Notes under the pieces: model-generated
The model's input: the letters and a program-made list of their open reading frames with translations, nothing else
What the model was told of the DNA's origin: nothing
Database searches by the model: none
In this document: one piece after another, positions 27,559 to 36,388 of the stretch
Layout: the number at the start of each line of letters is the position of its first letter
Position numbering within the stretch: the first letter of the stretch is position 1
Source: Myxococcota bacterium
Lineage (GTDB): Bacteria > Myxococcota_A > UBA9160 > UBA6930
Direction: 5' to 3'
DNA length: 64,000 nucleotides
Assembly (NCBI GenBank): GCA_965223415.1
Contig: OZ245002.1
Span: 1,376,001 to 1,440,000, forward strand
Position numbers and translations under genes: made by a program

Positions 27559-29134
27559 CCTGGTCGCGGAGGATGAACTTCTGGACCTTGCCGGTCGCGT
27601 TCATGGGGAGCTCGGGGACGATTTCGATGCGGCGGGGGACCTTGAAGTTGGCCATGTGCTCGCGGCACCAGGCGTGGAGGGCGTCCGGGTCGGGGCTCGC
27701 GCCGGGTTCGGGGACGACGAAGGCCATGCCGACCTCGCCCATGCGCTCGTCGGGGATGCCGATCACCGCCACCTGGGCGATCTCCGGGTGCTCGAACATG
27801 AGGGCCTCGATCTCGGCCGGGTAGCAGTTGAAGCCGCCCATGATGAACATGTCCTTCTTGCGATCGGTGATGTCCAGGTAGCCGTTCTCGTCCATCACGC
27901 CGATGTCGCCTGTGTGGAGCCAGCCGTCGGGGTCGATGACCTTGCGGGTCTCCTCTTCGTCCTCGAAGTAGCCCTGCATCACGTTGTAGCCGCGGATCAC
28001 CACCTCGCCGGGCTCGCCCCGCGGCACCTCCTTGCCGTCGTCGTCGACGCAGCGCACCTCCACGTCCGGATTCGCGCGGCCGGAGGTCTTCGAGATGATC
28101 TCGGGATCGTCGCCGTCCCGACACATGGTGGCGAGGCCGGTCGCTTCGGTGAGGCCGTAGGCGGTGAGAACCGTCTCGAAGCCCAGCTCGTCCCGCATGC
28201 GGCGGATCAGCTCCACGGAGATGGGAGCTGCGCCCGTGACGGCCAAGCGGAGGTGGGACAGGTCGTACTCGTCGCGATCCGGATGCATCAAGATCGACTC
28301 GTAGAGCGAGGGCACGCCCGGCAGCACGTTGATGTGTTCCTCGTCGATCCGCTTCAGCAGTGCGGGCACGTCGAGCACCTTGTGGGGCAGGCAGGTCGCT
28401 CCGCGCATGATGCAGGCGAGCCAGCCAGCCTTGTAGCCGAAGGTGTGGAAGAAGGGGCTCACAACGAGGTAGCGATCTCCCTCGCGCAGGCCGACCAGCT
28501 CGCTCCAGCTCTCGAAGCCGCGCAGGTTCTGCTCGTAGGTCGTCATCACGCCCTTCGGCTTCCCGGTGGTGCCCGAGGTGAACATGATGTCCGCCAGGTC
28601 GCCGGGCCGGACCGCCTCGAGCCGCTCCCGCGCCGCGTCCTCCGCGATCGCCTCGCCGGCCTCGAGGAAGGCCTCCCAGCCCTCCGCCTTCGGGTGGCTG
28701 CCGTCGAAGAGCACGATGCGCTCGAGATCGGGGAGGTCGAGCGCTGCGACCCGGTCCGCATAACGTTCTCCGAGAAACTCCTCCAGGGTGAAGACCATGC
28801 GGGCGCGGCTCTTGCGAAGCGAGTGGTCCGCCTCGGAGGACTTGTAGCGGGTGTTCATCGGCACGAGAACGCCACCCGCGGATTGGAGGCCGATGGCGGC
28901 CAGCGCCCACTCCAGCTGGTTCGGCGCCCAGACGCCCACCCGATCCCCGGGCTCGAGGCCGGCGGCCAGGAAGGCCCTCGCGCTTCGCAGCGCCACCCCG
29001 CCCAGCTCGGCGAAGGTAAGGCTGCGTCCCGCGTCCTCGAAGGCCATCCGCTCGGCGAAGCGCTGGGCGGCGTCCTGTACGAGGCGCGGCAGGGTGCCGG
29101 AGGAGGAAGGACGGTAGTCGCTGGCTGCGCTCAC
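27548..29134 (-). CDS. Acyl-CoA ligase, FadD3-like
   Basis: MFTSGTTGKPKG, PFFHTFGYKAG, TAYGLTE, WLHTGD, DRKKDMFIMGGFN and GKVQK. Confidence 0.9.
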   Translation of the reverse strand: MSAASDYRPSSSGTLPRLVQDAAQRFAERMAFEDAGRSLTFAELGGVALRSARAFLAAGLEPGDRVGVWAPNQLEWALAAIGLQSAGGVLVPMNTRYKSSEADHSLRKSRARMVFTLEEFLGERYADRVAALDLPDLERIVLFDGSHPKAEGWEAFLEAGEAIAEDAARERLEAVRPGDLADIMFTSGTTGKPKGVMTTYEQNLRGFESWSELVGLREGDRYLVVSPFFHTFGYKAGWLACIMRGATCLPHKVLDVPALLKRIDEEHINVLPGVPSLYESILMHPDRDEYDLSHLRLAVTGAAPISVELIRRMRDELGFETVLTAYGLTEATGLATMCRDGDDPEIISKTSGRANPDVEVRCVDDDGKEVPRGEPGEVVIRGYNVMQGYFEDEEETRKVIDPDGWLHTGDIGVMDENGYLDITDRKKDMFIMGGFNCYPAEIEALMFEHPEIAQVAVIGIPDERMGEVGMAFVVPEPGASPDPDALHAWCREHMANFKVPRRIEIVPELPMNATGKVQKFILRDQALR

Positions 29135-29179
29135 GGTGGCTCCGAAGGGAAAGGGCCCGCGAGGATACCCGGGCAGCCG

Positions 29180-29953
29180 CTACTCGTCCCCCATGCGGAA
29201 GCGGTCGCGGAACGACGAGCTCGCACTGGCCCGGGCGATCAGGTCGCCGTCGGCCTCGGTGGCGTCGCCCAGCACGCCGAGGCGGCTGTAGCCGCGCAGC
29301 TGGGTCTTCGTCATGTGCACGGCGAGCTCGGGCTTCGCCGCCAGATCCGCCGCCCACTCCGCCACCTCCGCGTCGAGGGAGACCGCGGGTACGGCCTTGT
29401 GCACGAGCCCCCATTCCTCCGCCTGGGTCCCGGCCAGGGACGGACAGCGCAGCAGGATCTCGCGGGCCCGCGCCGTGCCGACCTCCCGGATCAAGAGCGG
29501 CACCGCTCCCCAGGAGAGCGGGACCGCCAGGTCGAGCTCCGGCACGAGGAAGACCGCATCGTCGGCGGCGATTCGGAAGTCGCACGCCAGGGCGAAGCAG
29601 GCACCGCCGCCGATGGCGTGGCCGTGCACCCGCGCGATCGTGATCGCCTCGCAGTCCTGGATCGCGCGGCAGGCCCGCCTTCCGAGCTGGCCGATCCAGC
29701 GGAGCTGGCGCTCGGTGGCGTCCGGCGGAGGACGACCGGCCGGGTCCGGCTTGCGATCCGCGCCAGCGCAGAAGGACTTGCCCCGCCCCCCGAGCACGAC
29801 CACCCGCGTCGCGAAGTCCGTCTCGAGGGATCGGAAGAGATCGCCGACCTCGCGCAGCATCACCGGCCCCACGGCGTTGCGCCGCTCGGGGCGGTTCAGC
29901 CAGACGTGGAGGACGGGGCCGTCGCGTTCGGTTTCGAGGGTGGCGTAGCTCAC
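29180..29953 (-). CDS. Enoyl-CoA hydratase/isomerase family protein
   Basis: LNRPERRNA, FCAGAD, HGHAIGGG and ACDFRIA; GTG start 29953. Confidence 0.88.
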   Translation of the reverse strand: MSYATLETERDGPVLHVWLNRPERRNAVGPVMLREVGDLFRSLETDFATRVVVLGGRGKSFCAGADRKPDPAGRPPPDATERQLRWIGQLGRRACRAIQDCEAITIARVHGHAIGGGACFALACDFRIAADDAVFLVPELDLAVPLSWGAVPLLIREVGTARAREILLRCPSLAGTQAEEWGLVHKAVPAVSLDAEVAEWAADLAAKPELAVHMTKTQLRGYSRLGVLGDATEADGDLIARASASSSFRDRFRMGDE

Positions 29954-29976
29954 GGGGGCGGTTCGGACCCGCGATG

Positions 29977-30894
29977 CTAGCAGCCCTCGGCGGGTACCCG
30001 TCGCGCCAGCCCGTCCAGCATGCGATCCAGCTCCCGCTCCCACCCGGGATCCCGCAGCCGGTAGCGTCGGCACGCCCGGCGCAGCAGGTGGAAGCCGACA
30101 TGGAGACCCAGGCGATCGGCGTCCGGCCAAGGCGCGAGCTCGACGTAGCCCGACCGGAACGCGGCCTCCTGCACCGGGCGATCGGGCGCCGGGTGCGTGT
30201 GGAGGTAGACCAGGAAGCCCGCCACGTCGAAGGCCGGGTCGCCGGCGGCCAGGTCGTCCCAGTCGACGACCCAGGTCCGCTCGGGGGTGTCGAACAGCTG
30301 CCGGAGGTGGAAATCGCGGTGGATCGGGACCGGCGACGGCCAGGCGTCGTTTGCACGCAGCCAGGCCAGGGCCCGGGAGAGCAGCGCGCCCCGCTCCGGA
30401 AGCGAACGAAGGAGCTCCTCGGGATGCGGTCGCACTCGCTCCGCGAGGTGGTCTTCCAGGGAACGCGGATCCAGCCCGACAGGCGTCAACCGATGGAGCC
30501 GCGCCAGGGCGCGGCCGACTCGGCGGTAGGCGCGGCGTGAAAGCCGACGGGAGGCCAGAGGCTCGCCGGGCGCGTGCTCGCTCACGAGCCAGCCGTCTCG
30601 CTCGAAGAGGGGCCGCGGAATCCCCAGCTCGCGGGCGCCGGTGCGCTCGAGCTCGGCGAGGAGGCACTGCACCCGCGGCAGGGTGCGCGCTGCCGAGTCG
30701 CCCGCGGAGCGCTTGGCGACGACGCGCCGCGGAGGCCCCTCGGGGGTGTCGGGCCGGGCGAACTCGAAGACGAGCACGCGGCTCTCTCCGAAGGGCTCGC
30801 TTCGCTCGAAGGCGCGAAAGGCGCCGACGCGTTCTCCGCCGGACGCGAGGACACGGCGAATCCAGCCGGCGGTCGCGGCAGCGTCGTCGCTCAG
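29977..30894 (-). CDS. APH/choline-kinase-fold phosphotransferase (start uncertain)
   Basis: VVAKR, GRALARLH, PIHRDFHLRQ, VVDWDD and GDPAFDVAGF; coupled to the upstream GT stop. Confidence 0.75.
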   Translation of the reverse strand: MSDDAAATAGWIRRVLASGGERVGAFRAFERSEPFGESRVLVFEFARPDTPEGPPRRVVAKRSAGDSAARTLPRVQCLLAELERTGARELGIPRPLFERDGWLVSEHAPGEPLASRRLSRRAYRRVGRALARLHRLTPVGLDPRSLEDHLAERVRPHPEELLRSLPERGALLSRALAWLRANDAWPSPVPIHRDFHLRQLFDTPERTWVVDWDDLAAGDPAFDVAGFLVYLHTHPAPDRPVQEAAFRSGYVELAPWPDADRLGLHVGFHLLRRACRRYRLRDPGWERELDRMLDGLARRVPAEGC

Positions 30895-31925
30895 GAGACC
30901 AGCTCCAGGATACGCCGCGCCGCTTCCCCGTTCCCGGGTCGGAAGGAGGAGACGGCGTGGCGCTCCCGACAGGCCGCGAGGGCGGCGGCGTCGGTCGCGA
31001 CGGCGACGACCCGCTCGGCGCGTCGCGCAGGGTCGTCCCCGCCGGCTACGAAGCCGAGGCCCGCGGCGGCGATCTCCGCCACGCGAGCCGCCTGATCGTC
31101 GGCGCCGCGCGGAGCGGGCAGGAAGACGCCGGGCGTGCCCGTGGCCAGTAGCTCGTGCACCGTGTTGTATCCGCCCTCCGCAACCACCAGGTGCGCCAGG
31201 GCGAAGAGGTCCACCAGGTCGGCCACGGTCTCCACCAGCTCGACGCCCGGCGGCGGCCGGAGAGGCTCGCCGAAGTAGGGGCCGCGCACCACGACGTGCC
31301 GGAGATCTCCCCGCCGGCGGCGGCATCCCTCGTGGGCTCGGAACACGGTCTCGAAGAAGGCCCGGGCGGGCTCGGTGAATCCTCCGCCACCCACCGAGGA
31401 GACCAGGAGGAAATCCTCGGAGCGAGTGTCGTAGCGCTCGGCCACCCGTGCGCGACCCGCCTCGGTGGACCGGCGCACGATCGGGCCCACGAAGGCCGCG
31501 CGCGGACGGAGGGCTGGGGGGAGATCGTCGCCGAACTCCTCCTCGCTGTGCGGCACGAGCAGGAGGTCGGCCGCCGCGAGCTGCGGATGCGCCAGGATCT
31601 CGCGCTGTCGCTCCTCCTTCGAGCGGCGCACGACGAAGACCTGACGGCTTCCTGCCTCGGCCCGAGAGACGTCTTCGTCCGGCAGCGTGTCACGAACGAC
31701 GACATCGGGCCGCCAGCCTTCGAGGGGCTCCCCTCCGATGCCCTCGACCCAGACCCGGGTCGCGGGATCGAGGAGCTCCGGGGGCGCCGCACGGCGCAGG
31801 AGCATGCGCACGTCGGCCGCCGGCGCGAGCGCGCGAAGCGCCTTGGCCAGGTTGGTCGCGCGCATGAAGTGGCCGAGGCCGCGGCGGTTGGAGACACGGA
31901 ACAGCACGCGGGGTGCCGACGTCAT
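30891..31925 (-). CDS. GT-B glycosyltransferase (GT28 C-terminal/COG4671-like)
   Basis: NRRGLGHFMRA, FVGPI, SVGGGG, VAEGGYNTVHELL and DDQAAR. Confidence 0.82.
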   Translation of the reverse strand: MTSAPRVLFRVSNRRGLGHFMRATNLAKALRALAPAADVRMLLRRAAPPELLDPATRVWVEGIGGEPLEGWRPDVVVRDTLPDEDVSRAEAGSRQVFVVRRSKEERQREILAHPQLAAADLLLVPHSEEEFGDDLPPALRPRAAFVGPIVRRSTEAGRARVAERYDTRSEDFLLVSSVGGGGFTEPARAFFETVFRAHEGCRRRRGDLRHVVVRGPYFGEPLRPPPGVELVETVADLVDLFALAHLVVAEGGYNTVHELLATGTPGVFLPAPRGADDQAARVAEIAAAGLGFVAGGDDPARRAERVVAVATDAAALAACRERHAVSSFRPGNGEAARRILELVS

Positions 31926-33154
31926 GCGTCCGCGCTCCGTCCCGCCACGGCCTCGCGAAAGCGGTCCGCCAGGGTTCGGGCGGTCCGACGGGCATCGTAG
32001 TCGGAGGCGACGAGATCTCGCGCCGCGGCGGCCAGACGCAGCGCGACGGCCTCGTCGGTGAGCAGCCGCAGGCACGCGTCGGCCAGGGCCCGGGGCGCCG
32101 CCTCCGGCACCAGGAGGCCGGTCTCGCCATCCCGGACGACCTCGGGGATGCCGGTCACAGGGGTTGCCACGCACGGCGTGCCCAGCGCCATCGCCTCGAG
32201 CAGCACGGTGGGCAACCCCTCGCGATCCCCGTCGGCCGCCACGCGACAGGGCGCGGCGAGCACGGCCGCCCTGGAGAGCGCCTCGAACACCCGGTCCCAG
32301 GGCAGGGCGCCGCGGAAGACGACACGCTTCGGTGTCAAACCCAGGGCGCGAGCCCGTGCCTCCAACTGCCCGCGCAGCGGCCCGTCGCCGAGGATCTCGC
32401 AGTGGAAGGCGAGCCTGCGATCCGCAAGGATCCGGCAGGCGTCGAGCAGGTCTTCGAAGCCCTTCTTCTCGACCAGCCTTCCCACTGCCACGATGCGCGA
32501 GGGACGGACGACCGGCGGTGAGTACGGCAGGCTGGCCAGGTCGAGCCCGTTTCGGATCACCGCGACGCTCTCCGCTGCCGGACCGAATGCCGACCGCAGG
32601 TAGCGCGCGTTGAAGTCGCTGACGGTGGCCACGAAGGCCGCATCGGCCAGCCTGCGGGCCAGGGCCTCGCGGTGTACGCCGGCGTGGAAGATGTCCCGGG
32701 CGTGGGCCGTGAAGCTGTAGGACGCGCCGGCCCACCGGGCGGCGAGGCGCGCGGTCGCCGTCGCGGACGTGGCGAAGTGGGCGTGCAGGTGATCGAGCCC
32801 TGCGGCCTGGGCCAGCTCCGCGATCCGGAGCGCCTGGGCCGCGACTTCCGGCGGCTCGGCCTCCGCCTCGGCCACCTCGGCGTCGGGATCCCTCCCGTGC
32901 TTCCGGGCGCGATCGCGCACGGCGGCGCGAAGCGCGCCGGGGGACAGAGCATCCTGCGGCACGGGGCATACCCGCGCCTTCAGCCGCGAGAGGCCCGGGT
33001 GGGTGGGCTCGTCCTTCGGGGGCCGCAACGTGAAGAGCGTCAGGGGAAGCCCGTCCTGCTCATGGGCCAGGACCTCGCCCAGAACGAAGGTCTGGGAGAG
33101 CCGAGGGAACACCTTCAGCACGTAGCCGACCCTGGGACGCCCCCCAGCGGCCAT
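31922..33154 (-). CDS. GT4 family glycosyltransferase
   Basis: FPRLSQTF, HLHAHFA, SFTAHARDIF, VGRLVEKKGF and DGDREGLPTVLLEAMALG. Confidence 0.92.
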   Translation of the reverse strand: MAAGGRPRVGYVLKVFPRLSQTFVLGEVLAHEQDGLPLTLFTLRPPKDEPTHPGLSRLKARVCPVPQDALSPGALRAAVRDRARKHGRDPDAEVAEAEAEPPEVAAQALRIAELAQAAGLDHLHAHFATSATATARLAARWAGASYSFTAHARDIFHAGVHREALARRLADAAFVATVSDFNARYLRSAFGPAAESVAVIRNGLDLASLPYSPPVVRPSRIVAVGRLVEKKGFEDLLDACRILADRRLAFHCEILGDGPLRGQLEARARALGLTPKRVVFRGALPWDRVFEALSRAAVLAAPCRVAADGDREGLPTVLLEAMALGTPCVATPVTGIPEVVRDGETGLLVPEAAPRALADACLRLLTDEAVALRLAAAARDLVASDYDARRTARTLADRFREAVAGRSADA

Positions 33155-33226
33155 GACTCCCGGGCCCGGCTCCCTCTCGTCGAGGAATCCGGACCCGGGA
33201 GCTTGGAACCCCGCCACGAGGGCCGC

Positions 33227-34738
33227 TCAAGGCAGGGTTACCGTCAGGAACGTCGTGCTGCCCTGCTTCACCTCGATCAAGGCGCCGGTCGGGTCGAAGG
33301 TGAGGGGAAGCTCGTTCGGATCGTCGACCTCGGTGTCGAACTCGAGCTCCGCCTCGAAGAGGGGAGGACCCACGACCAGGTTGCCCCGGGCCACGCCGGC
33401 GACGAAGAGCGTGTAGCTGCCGGCCGGGAGATCCTCGACCTCGACGCGGAAGTCACGCCGGCAGTCGTCTCGGATGCGGCGGCGGGCGTCTCCACTGGCG
33501 AGCGGAGCGGCGCCGGTGTTCTGCAGGTTGCGGCGCACCTCGATCTCCTGGCAGATGCCGGGCCCGCCGCCGCCCGCACCGCCGCCGCCACCTCCCGCGG
33601 CCAGGCTTCCCGAGAACCGCACGATGCCGCCCTGGGCCACCTCGATCGTGGCGTTCCGCGGATCGAAGGTGAGGGGCAGCTCGCCGGGATCGTCGGGATC
33701 CGTGTCGAACTCGATCTCGCCCTCGACCTGGCCCTTGGCCGCGACGAAGGCCGCCGTGATCTGCCCGCGTACCACACCGCCGACGAGCACGTCGTAGGTT
33801 CCCGCCGGAACGTCCTGGATCTCGACCTGGAAATCCTCGTCACAGTCCTTGCGGGTGCGGAAGCGCGCCTTGGCGCTGCCCGTTCCGGAGACGCGCGGCA
33901 GGAAGACGAGGGTTTGACGCTCGGCGCACGGAGTGACGCCCGCCGCCATCGCGACGGCCTGCGTCGTCAGGAACGTCTGGCCGCTGCCGACGACGTCGAC
34001 CTGACTGCCGATCGGAATGACGCCCAGGCTGCCGTCGTCGGTGCGGAGGACGATGGACCCGGCCGTGCGCCGGCGCTTATTCCTCTTCTTCTTCTTGAGC
34101 CGATCGATTCGAAAGCTCCCGGCGACCGAGCCGTCGATCCGCAGGTCGTAGTCGCCCGGCGAGAGCCCGCTGGCCGCCACGGTCAGGCTGCGACTGCCGC
34201 CGGGAGAAACGGTATACGCCATGGCGCCGCCGGCGCGGGCCGGGGCCCCCGGGGCCGCCCCGAGGAACAGTGTCTCGCTGGCCGTCACGCCCTGGCTGCT
34301 GCCCGGAACCGAGGCCTGGAAGACGAGCAGGTCCGCGCCGCCCTGGCGCAGGGCGAGCTGGCTGCTCCGCGGATCGAAGTCCAGCGGCAGGCTCACGCCG
34401 TTCACGAGTGGCGACTCGAAGCGCACGAACGCCTTGCCGAAGGCGTCGCCGCTGACCTGCGTCCGGATGACGCCGTCGACCGCGAGGTCGTAGGTGGTGC
34501 CCGCGGCCAGGTGCTCGAAGCGGACGTCGACGATGGAGCGCGCCGCGTTCATCGCCCAGGCCACCTTCCCTTCCTCTGGCCCGGCGGTGAGCTCGACGAA
34601 GGACGCGCTGAGCGCGGACCCCTCGCGGAAGCGGCGCTTCTTGCGGCGCTTCGCGTCGGCATCGTCGGGAAGAACGAAGCCGGCCAGCAGCAGACAGGCC
34701 AGCAGGAGGCGGAGGCTTCGCGATTGGAACCGGTTCAT
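33227..34738 (-). CDS. Secreted protein with four ~100-aa beta-rich repeats
   Basis: Signal peptide; repeated ...AGTYDVLVGG...EIEFDT...LPLTFDP...IEVxQG units; poly-basic patches and a Gly linker. Confidence 0.8.
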   Translation of the reverse strand: MNRFQSRSLRLLLACLLLAGFVLPDDADAKRRKKRRFREGSALSASFVELTAGPEEGKVAWAMNAARSIVDVRFEHLAAGTTYDLAVDGVIRTQVSGDAFGKAFVRFESPLVNGVSLPLDFDPRSSQLALRQGGADLLVFQASVPGSSQGVTASETLFLGAAPGAPARAGGAMAYTVSPGGSRSLTVAASGLSPGDYDLRIDGSVAGSFRIDRLKKKKRNKRRRTAGSIVLRTDDGSLGVIPIGSQVDVVGSGQTFLTTQAVAMAAGVTPCAERQTLVFLPRVSGTGSAKARFRTRKDCDEDFQVEIQDVPAGTYDVLVGGVVRGQITAAFVAAKGQVEGEIEFDTDPDDPGELPLTFDPRNATIEVAQGGIVRFSGSLAAGGGGGGAGGGGPGICQEIEVRRNLQNTGAAPLASGDARRRIRDDCRRDFRVEVEDLPAGSYTLFVAGVARGNLVVGPPLFEAELEFDTEVDDPNELPLTFDPTGALIEVKQGSTTFLTVTLP

Positions 34739-34800
34739 GTCTCACTCCCCATCGGGTACGTCGCCCAGGGTGGGCTGGATTCGTGCACCCACGTTCGGAC

Positions 34801-34816
34801 TGCAAGGTGGATGCCA
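34801..34816 (-). promoter_or_regulatory. Sigma54 (-24/-12) promoter
   Basis: Minus strand TGGCAT-CCACC-TTGCA with exact GG-N10-GC spacing, about 60 nt upstream of ATG 34738. Confidence 0.8.
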
Positions 34817-34878
34817 GCGGCTTCGGGGCCGATCGCTCCCGATTCCATGCCGGAGAGGCCGGCACGGGGAGCCCCAGG

Positions 34879-34911
34879 GTGAAAGCGCGCACAGGCGGGG
34901 GATTTCGCGCA
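34879..34911. promoter_or_regulatory. Putative tandem enhancer (bEBP-binding) sites
   Basis: GGGATTTCGCGCA (34899-34911) is identical to 44308-44320; a second CGCGCA lies exactly 20 bp earlier. Confidence 0.55.
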
Positions 34912-34924
34912 GCCCAAGCCGGGG

Positions 34925-36388
34925 CTAGAAGTTGTAGTCGACCTTGATCGCACCGAAGTGGGCCCAACGGCCGTCGTCCGGTCCAAAGGCCGAGCCGGCA
35001 CGGAAGGCAGAGGCGACGAACTCGAACTCCCAGTGCTCGCTCTCCTCGATACCGACGACGAGGTCGAGCTCCTGGCCGAGGCTGCGCGATCGCCCCCGGG
35101 GCCTCGCGTCGAGAGCCGAGTCCCGGAGGAACGGCGCCGCATCGTCCTGCCGGTAGTGGTGGTACAGGAGCTCCAGCGAGCTCTGGGTCCAGAACGGAAC
35201 GCCGACCGACAGGGTCGCGACGTGCAGGTTCGAGAGCTCGGGCCGGAACAGCTCGCCGTAGAATCGGAAGCGGTCCACGCCGCGGAAACGGGCGTTGTTG
35301 TCCTGAAGTCCGGTCTGCCGGAAAGCGCCGTCCAGGCCTCCGCCGTCGTCGCCGCTTCCCCAGGCGTAGCCGAGGGTGAGTGTCGGTCCGCCGCGCGAGC
35401 CCGGGTCCCAGGTGACGCCTCCGTCGAGGGCATAGCCCCGGACGCTCCGGGTAACGCGCTCGTCGACGATGCGCAGATCGCCCGGCCCGGCCACGGAATC
35501 GAAGTCGAGCTCGGTCTCCCTTCCGAAGACCGTCGCCGCGTCGGCCCAATAGTAGAATCGGCCGACGTCGTCGATCTTGGTGCGGCCGCGCCCGCGCACA
35601 CCCAGCCAGCTGAGTCGGGCGTCGCGCTCGTCCTCTCGCTCGGCCCGCACGAGCTCGCCGACGCTCTCGGTCCGGGAGTGGTCGCTCCGGTGTGCGGCGA
35701 AGAGCTCGAGCTTCTGTCGCTCTCGCCACTGCCAGCTCGCCTCGCCGAGCACGAACAGCACGTCGTCGCGCCCGGGGTCGATGCGATCGTCGTCGCTCCG
35801 CCGGCGCGAGAGATCCTGGGCCACCGAGAGCCGCGCCTCGAAGGGCGCCTGCTCGAACCACAGACTCACGGCGTCGAGGTCCTCGTCCCACCACCACTCG
35901 CGCTTGTCCTTGAAGTTCTGACGCCCGACCTGCAGGGCGAAGGGGCTACCGCCGATGCGGTCCCAGTGGAGCCAGGTCTCGCCTCGCTCGAGGGCGACCT
36001 GGGAGGAGCGATCCCCGTCCTCGGCCGCGACCCTCCAGTCGAAGAGGAGCTTGCCTTCGGCGAAGAGCGATACGTCCCGGGAGACCGGGTAGAAGAGCTC
36101 GACCTCCAGCTTCGGCTCGAAGGTCAGGACGTCGTCGTCCTCCTCCGGATCCAGGGCGAAGTCGCTCTCGAGCTCGGCCTTCCATTCGAGCTCGCCGCCG
36201 ATCACGAGCGGCCGTCCGAGGATCGGCACGGTGAGCTGCTCCTCGGGCCGGCTCTCGTCGTCGCGGACCACGAGGTTGCGGTCGTCGCGCTCGGGCTGCG
36301 CGCCGACCGCGACGGCCAGGCCCAGGATCGCGAGCAGGAGGAACGCCCGGCTCCCCATGCACTTCGCTGTCGTCGTCCACGTCGTCAT
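34925..36388 (-). CDS. Alginate-export (AlgE-like) outer-membrane beta-barrel
   Basis: Signal peptide; QVGRQNF.DKREWWWDEDLDA, GYAWGSGD, FRQTGLQDNN, YGELFRPELSNL, LGQELD and terminal F. Confidence 0.85.
   Translation of the reverse strand: MTTWTTTAKCMGSRAFLLLAILGLAVAVGAQPERDDRNLVVRDDESRPEEQLTVPILGRPLVIGGELEWKAELESDFALDPEEDDDVLTFEPKLEVELFYPVSRDVSLFAEGKLLFDWRVAAEDGDRSSQVALERGETWLHWDRIGGSPFALQVGRQNFKDKREWWWDEDLDAVSLWFEQAPFEARLSVAQDLSRRRSDDDRIDPGRDDVLFVLGEASWQWRERQKLELFAAHRSDHSRTESVGELVRAEREDERDARLSWLGVRGRGRTKIDDVGRFYYWADAATVFGRETELDFDSVAGPGDLRIVDERVTRSVRGYALDGGVTWDPGSRGGPTLTLGYAWGSGDDGGGLDGAFRQTGLQDNNARFRGVDRFRFYGELFRPELSNLHVATLSVGVPFWTQSSLELLYHHYRQDDAAPFLRDSALDARPRGRSRSLGQELDLVVGIEESEHWEFEFVASAFRAGSAFGPDDGRWAHFGAIKVDYNF

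Noticed and set aside
26685..30356. Apparent 1223-aa ORF, and similar over-extended ORFs such as 34925-38029 and 38654-41707
   Set aside because: Only the C-terminal portions are real genes; the upstream parts overlap other genes in different frames.
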